The notes beneath the pieces were generated by a model. The model saw only the letters and a list, made by a program, of their open reading frames with translations. It searched no databases and had not been told where the DNA came from. From Camelus ferus (Eukaryota): a stretch of 64,000 bases of DNA. Location: NCBI RefSeq assembly GCF_009834535.1, contig NC_045697.1, positions 3,102,001 through 3,166,000 of the forward strand, given 5' to 3'. Both the position numbers and the translations under genes were made by a program. Of the stretch, positions 60,890-64,000 are shown one piece after another (positions within the stretch are counted from its first letter, which is position 1; every line of letters starts with the position of its first letter).

Positions 60890-62960
60890 CTACGAGCTCC
60901 TTCTTTTATTTTCACATCGTCTCATCGGTTAGTCTTTTCTTTTACATCTGATTTTGCGTCATGGTTAGAAAATCTTTTCCCATACCAAGGGTATAAAGGA
61001 ATTTGCCTACTATTTTTTCTAGGATTTGAAAGGTTTCGTTTCTTCACATTTAGATTCTCAAGTATCTTTGTAGTTTTTTCTGGTGTATGATGTAAGTATT
61101 TAATTTTATCTCCTCCCTACCCCAAATGGCTACCCAGTAGTCCTGACCGCAATTATTAAGAGGTCCATCTTTTCCCATTGATTTGAGACACTGTCTGTAT
61201 CATAGGCTATATTTCTACATTTATTTGGGTCTACTTCTGGACTTTCTCTTCTGTCCTCTTATCTGACTGGGAGTTTATGTGTCATTATTAGACCATTTAA
61301 GTGATGGAACCTTTACATTACTTTGTTGCCCTTACATATCCCTTATTTTTCCCTATGAACCTTAGAATCAGTTTGTCTAGTTTGAGACACAAAATAAAAT
61401 TTGTTGTATATTTATTGCGCTTGCATTGGGCTTGCATTAAACATGCCTGTTAACTTGGAGAGAGTTGACATTTTTCTGACATTAAGTTGTTCTGTCCAAA
61501 GGCAAGGAGCATTTTCTGTTTGTTCAAGTTTACCTCTTTGTCTTTCATGAGTGTCTTAAAATGTTTCTTATGTAAGTTTTACACATTTCTTTCTAAATTA
61601 TTTTAAACATTTTACTTTTTAAATTGCTTTTTTAAATGGAATTTTCTCTTCCATTGTATCTTCCAACTGTTTATTGTTTGGTATAAAAACCAAATGCAAA
61701 AGCAGTAGTTTTTGTATATCCTACATAATTAAATTTTTATGGTAGTTTAGTCATTGATCTCTTGGGTTTTCTAGGTATTTTTTCATATCGCTGCAAATAG
61801 AGATTATTTTCTTTTCTACTCTTAAGTTTCTAATCGCCATGGCTGACGCTGCCAATGCAGCGTTCATAGTGGTGGAGAAAATGGGCTTCCTTGACTTGTT
61901 TGTGACCTTTCTGGGAAGGCCTAAAGTGTTTCGTCATTAAGATGCTGTTTTTGTTTTACGTTAATGCCTTTGTTTGGGCTGCTGTAACCAAATACCACAA
62001 ACAGGGTGGCTTATAAACGACAGAAATGTGTTTCTCATAATTTTAGAGGTTGGATGGCCAAGGTCAGGTTCTGCTGAAGGTCCTTTCTGGGTTGCAGATG
62101 GTTGACTTTTCAGTATATCCTCACACGGTAGAGGGAGCGAGCACACTTTCTTGGGCCTCTTTTGTAAGGGCACAAATCCTATTCATGGGGCTCCACCTTC
62201 ATGTCCTGATCACCTCCCAAAGGCCCCACCTCCTAACACCATCATGTTGGGGGTTAGGTTTCAACAGAATTGGCAGAGGGGACACAAGCATTCAGCCTGT
62301 AACAGTGCATGTATTTCATCAAACTAAAGAAGTGTGCATCAATTCCCATTTTATTGCCCTAAAAATGTTGGGAATGGGTACTGAGTTTTCTGGAAGGCTT
62401 TTTCATCATTTGTGGGGAGAATCATATGATCTTCACATTAGATCTATTAGTATGGTGAATTAGTAGATTTTCTTATGTTTTGAGTCATCCTTGCCTTCCT
62501 GGGATGAGCTTCATGTGGTCATGTGTGTATTAACAACTTGTGTTGGTTTCTGTTTGCTAGTATTTTATTTAGAATTTTTGCATTGATACTTGTAAGTAAG
62601 ATTGGCCTTTGGTTTTCTTTTTGTGCTGTCTCTGTCAGGTTTAGGCATCATTTTAATACCTACTTGTAAAAAAGAAAGAATTGGAAAATTGCGTATCTGT
62701 TTCTGTTCTCTGGAGTAATTTATGGAGTAGCCTTGATGTTTAAAATTTGGCACAATTCCCCTGTAAAACCATCTGGGTCTGGTGCTTTTTTGGTGAGGAT
62801 AATTTTTGTTAACTTTCTTTGCTTTCTCTATGAAATTGGCCTGTGTAAGCTTTCTATAACTGTTTGGTAAATTGTATTCTTTTCTGTGAAATTATCTATT
62901 TTACCTAGTTTCAAGTGTATTTGCATAGAGTTGTACAGAATAGTCTTTCATGACTTTTCT
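60890..62960 (-). mobile_element. Old L1M ORF2 region, highly degenerate
   Basis: 'tttatttgggtctacttctggactttct', 'gaaccttagaatcagtttgtcta', 'gtttgctagtattttatttagaatttttgca', 'gtaaaaccatctgggtctggtgctttt'. Confidence 0.8.
61964..62304 (-). mobile_element. MLT1A-like solo LTR nested in the L1
   Basis: 'tttgggctgctgtaaccaaataccacaaacagggtggcttataaacgacagaaat...cacctcccaaaggccccacctcctaacaccatca...cattcagcctgtaaca'. Confidence 0.88.
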
Positions 62961-64000
62961 TGAGTTGGGAGTAGGTATTTAAGGACTTCATAGTTTTAGA
63001 AGATAAGAAGTCTGTGGGTTGTGTCCACTTGCCGTTTTTACGGATCCTAAGCCTTAAAGTGAAGTTCTAAGAAGACGAGCATGTGCTAAAGTAATGGTAA
63101 TAGCTGCTGTCTGCAAAACGCTTGCCACTGTGTGTATCAGCTCATTGCATCCTCACTACAATACTGACGTACACAATAATCATCTCATTTTAAGGAGGAC
63201 AGAATTTGGGAGAGCTACCCGCTTTTCCAAGCTCACACAACTGGGAAGACTGGCTGCATTTGGGGTGCGAGGTGGAGGGGTGAGGAGAGTCAGGGAGGTG
63301 ATCCCGGTTGGGGTGCCTGGCAGGGAAGGCAGCCTGGCTGAGGTGGACAGGAGCTGCCAAGGGACTGCAAGTGAGAAGGCCAGGTGGAGGCTGGCAAGTT
63401 GGGGGTCAGCTGGAGCTGGGTGGTCTGTGGGGAGCCCTGGGGAGTGGGTGGGGGGATAGAGACTAGGTAGTGGAATTAGTCAGGTGGAGTTTCTGGGAGC
63501 TTCTGCACGAGGTTAGAAGTTTGAAGGCAAGAGCTGTTTGGGAAGCATCTTGGTTAAACATATGAAATAAACAGACCGCCAGCAGCCGTCCTGGCTCTGT
63601 GAAGTCACTTGGCTGTAACTGAGAATGCAAACAGCACGCGGTGTTTTACACATGACCAAAGCCTGGGGACTGAGGAGAACACGCAGGGGCCACACATGTG
63701 CACATGGAGTGACATGAATACATGACCTTGTCCCTGCCTTTTCCAAAATTGAGGCAGGACATCTCAGGGTAATTACCTGTATTTCCTTAGAGCCAATTAT
63801 AGTAGGATTTTTTCTTGCTGTTTGTCGGATGTGTTCACGCAGAGTGGTTTAGCATCCTGAGAAACCGCAGGAGGGCCTAGGGATTCTGTCCTCGCTCCAG
63901 AGGAGCTGCGTCAGGTCAGCAGTTCCCTGCACAACAGGCATGCCACCCGGTGGCAGGTCGCTGGCTCCTGATTCCGGCTCTTGTACCAGACGCCGCGCGA

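Larger units (their letters stand above)
15239..64000 (+). other. AFAP1: Probable AFAP1 intron 1, continuing beyond the window
   Basis: Repeat-dense, with no recognisable coding exon; the expected AFAP1 N-terminus (MEELIVEL...) was not found in the ORF track or by eye. Confidence 0.6.

Overview
Mammalian genomic DNA, most likely camelid (alpaca/camel): it carries two tRNA-Ala-derived Vic-1-type SINEs and cetartiodactyl-type L1 3' tails. The only supportable protein-coding segment is the terminal exon of ABLIM2 (villin headpiece, 5199-5312, +), followed by a 3' UTR of about 1.6 kb. A large CpG island (~14800-16620) holds a promoter and a non-coding first exon (donor at 15239), assigned to AFAP1 from the ABLIM2-AFAP1 synteny known in human. 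The remaining ~49 kb looks like a repeat-rich first intron (L1, L2, MIR, MLT1, ERV1 solo LTRs, hAT MERs, microsatellites). Almost all ORFs in the supplied track are spurious. I found no convincing new multi-gene system. The most interesting signals are retrotransposition products with visible target-site duplications (TSDs): a chimeric ~0.76 kb insertion resembling a 5'-inverted L1 with a long 3' transduction, two L1 tails with short extra 3' tags, and a polyadenylated ~90-nt LTR-like fragment. There is also an ~18-bp GC-rich minisatellite just after the exon-1 donor and a dense G-tract cluster in the ABLIM2 3' UTR. Repeat subfamily names come from recognition only, not a database search.
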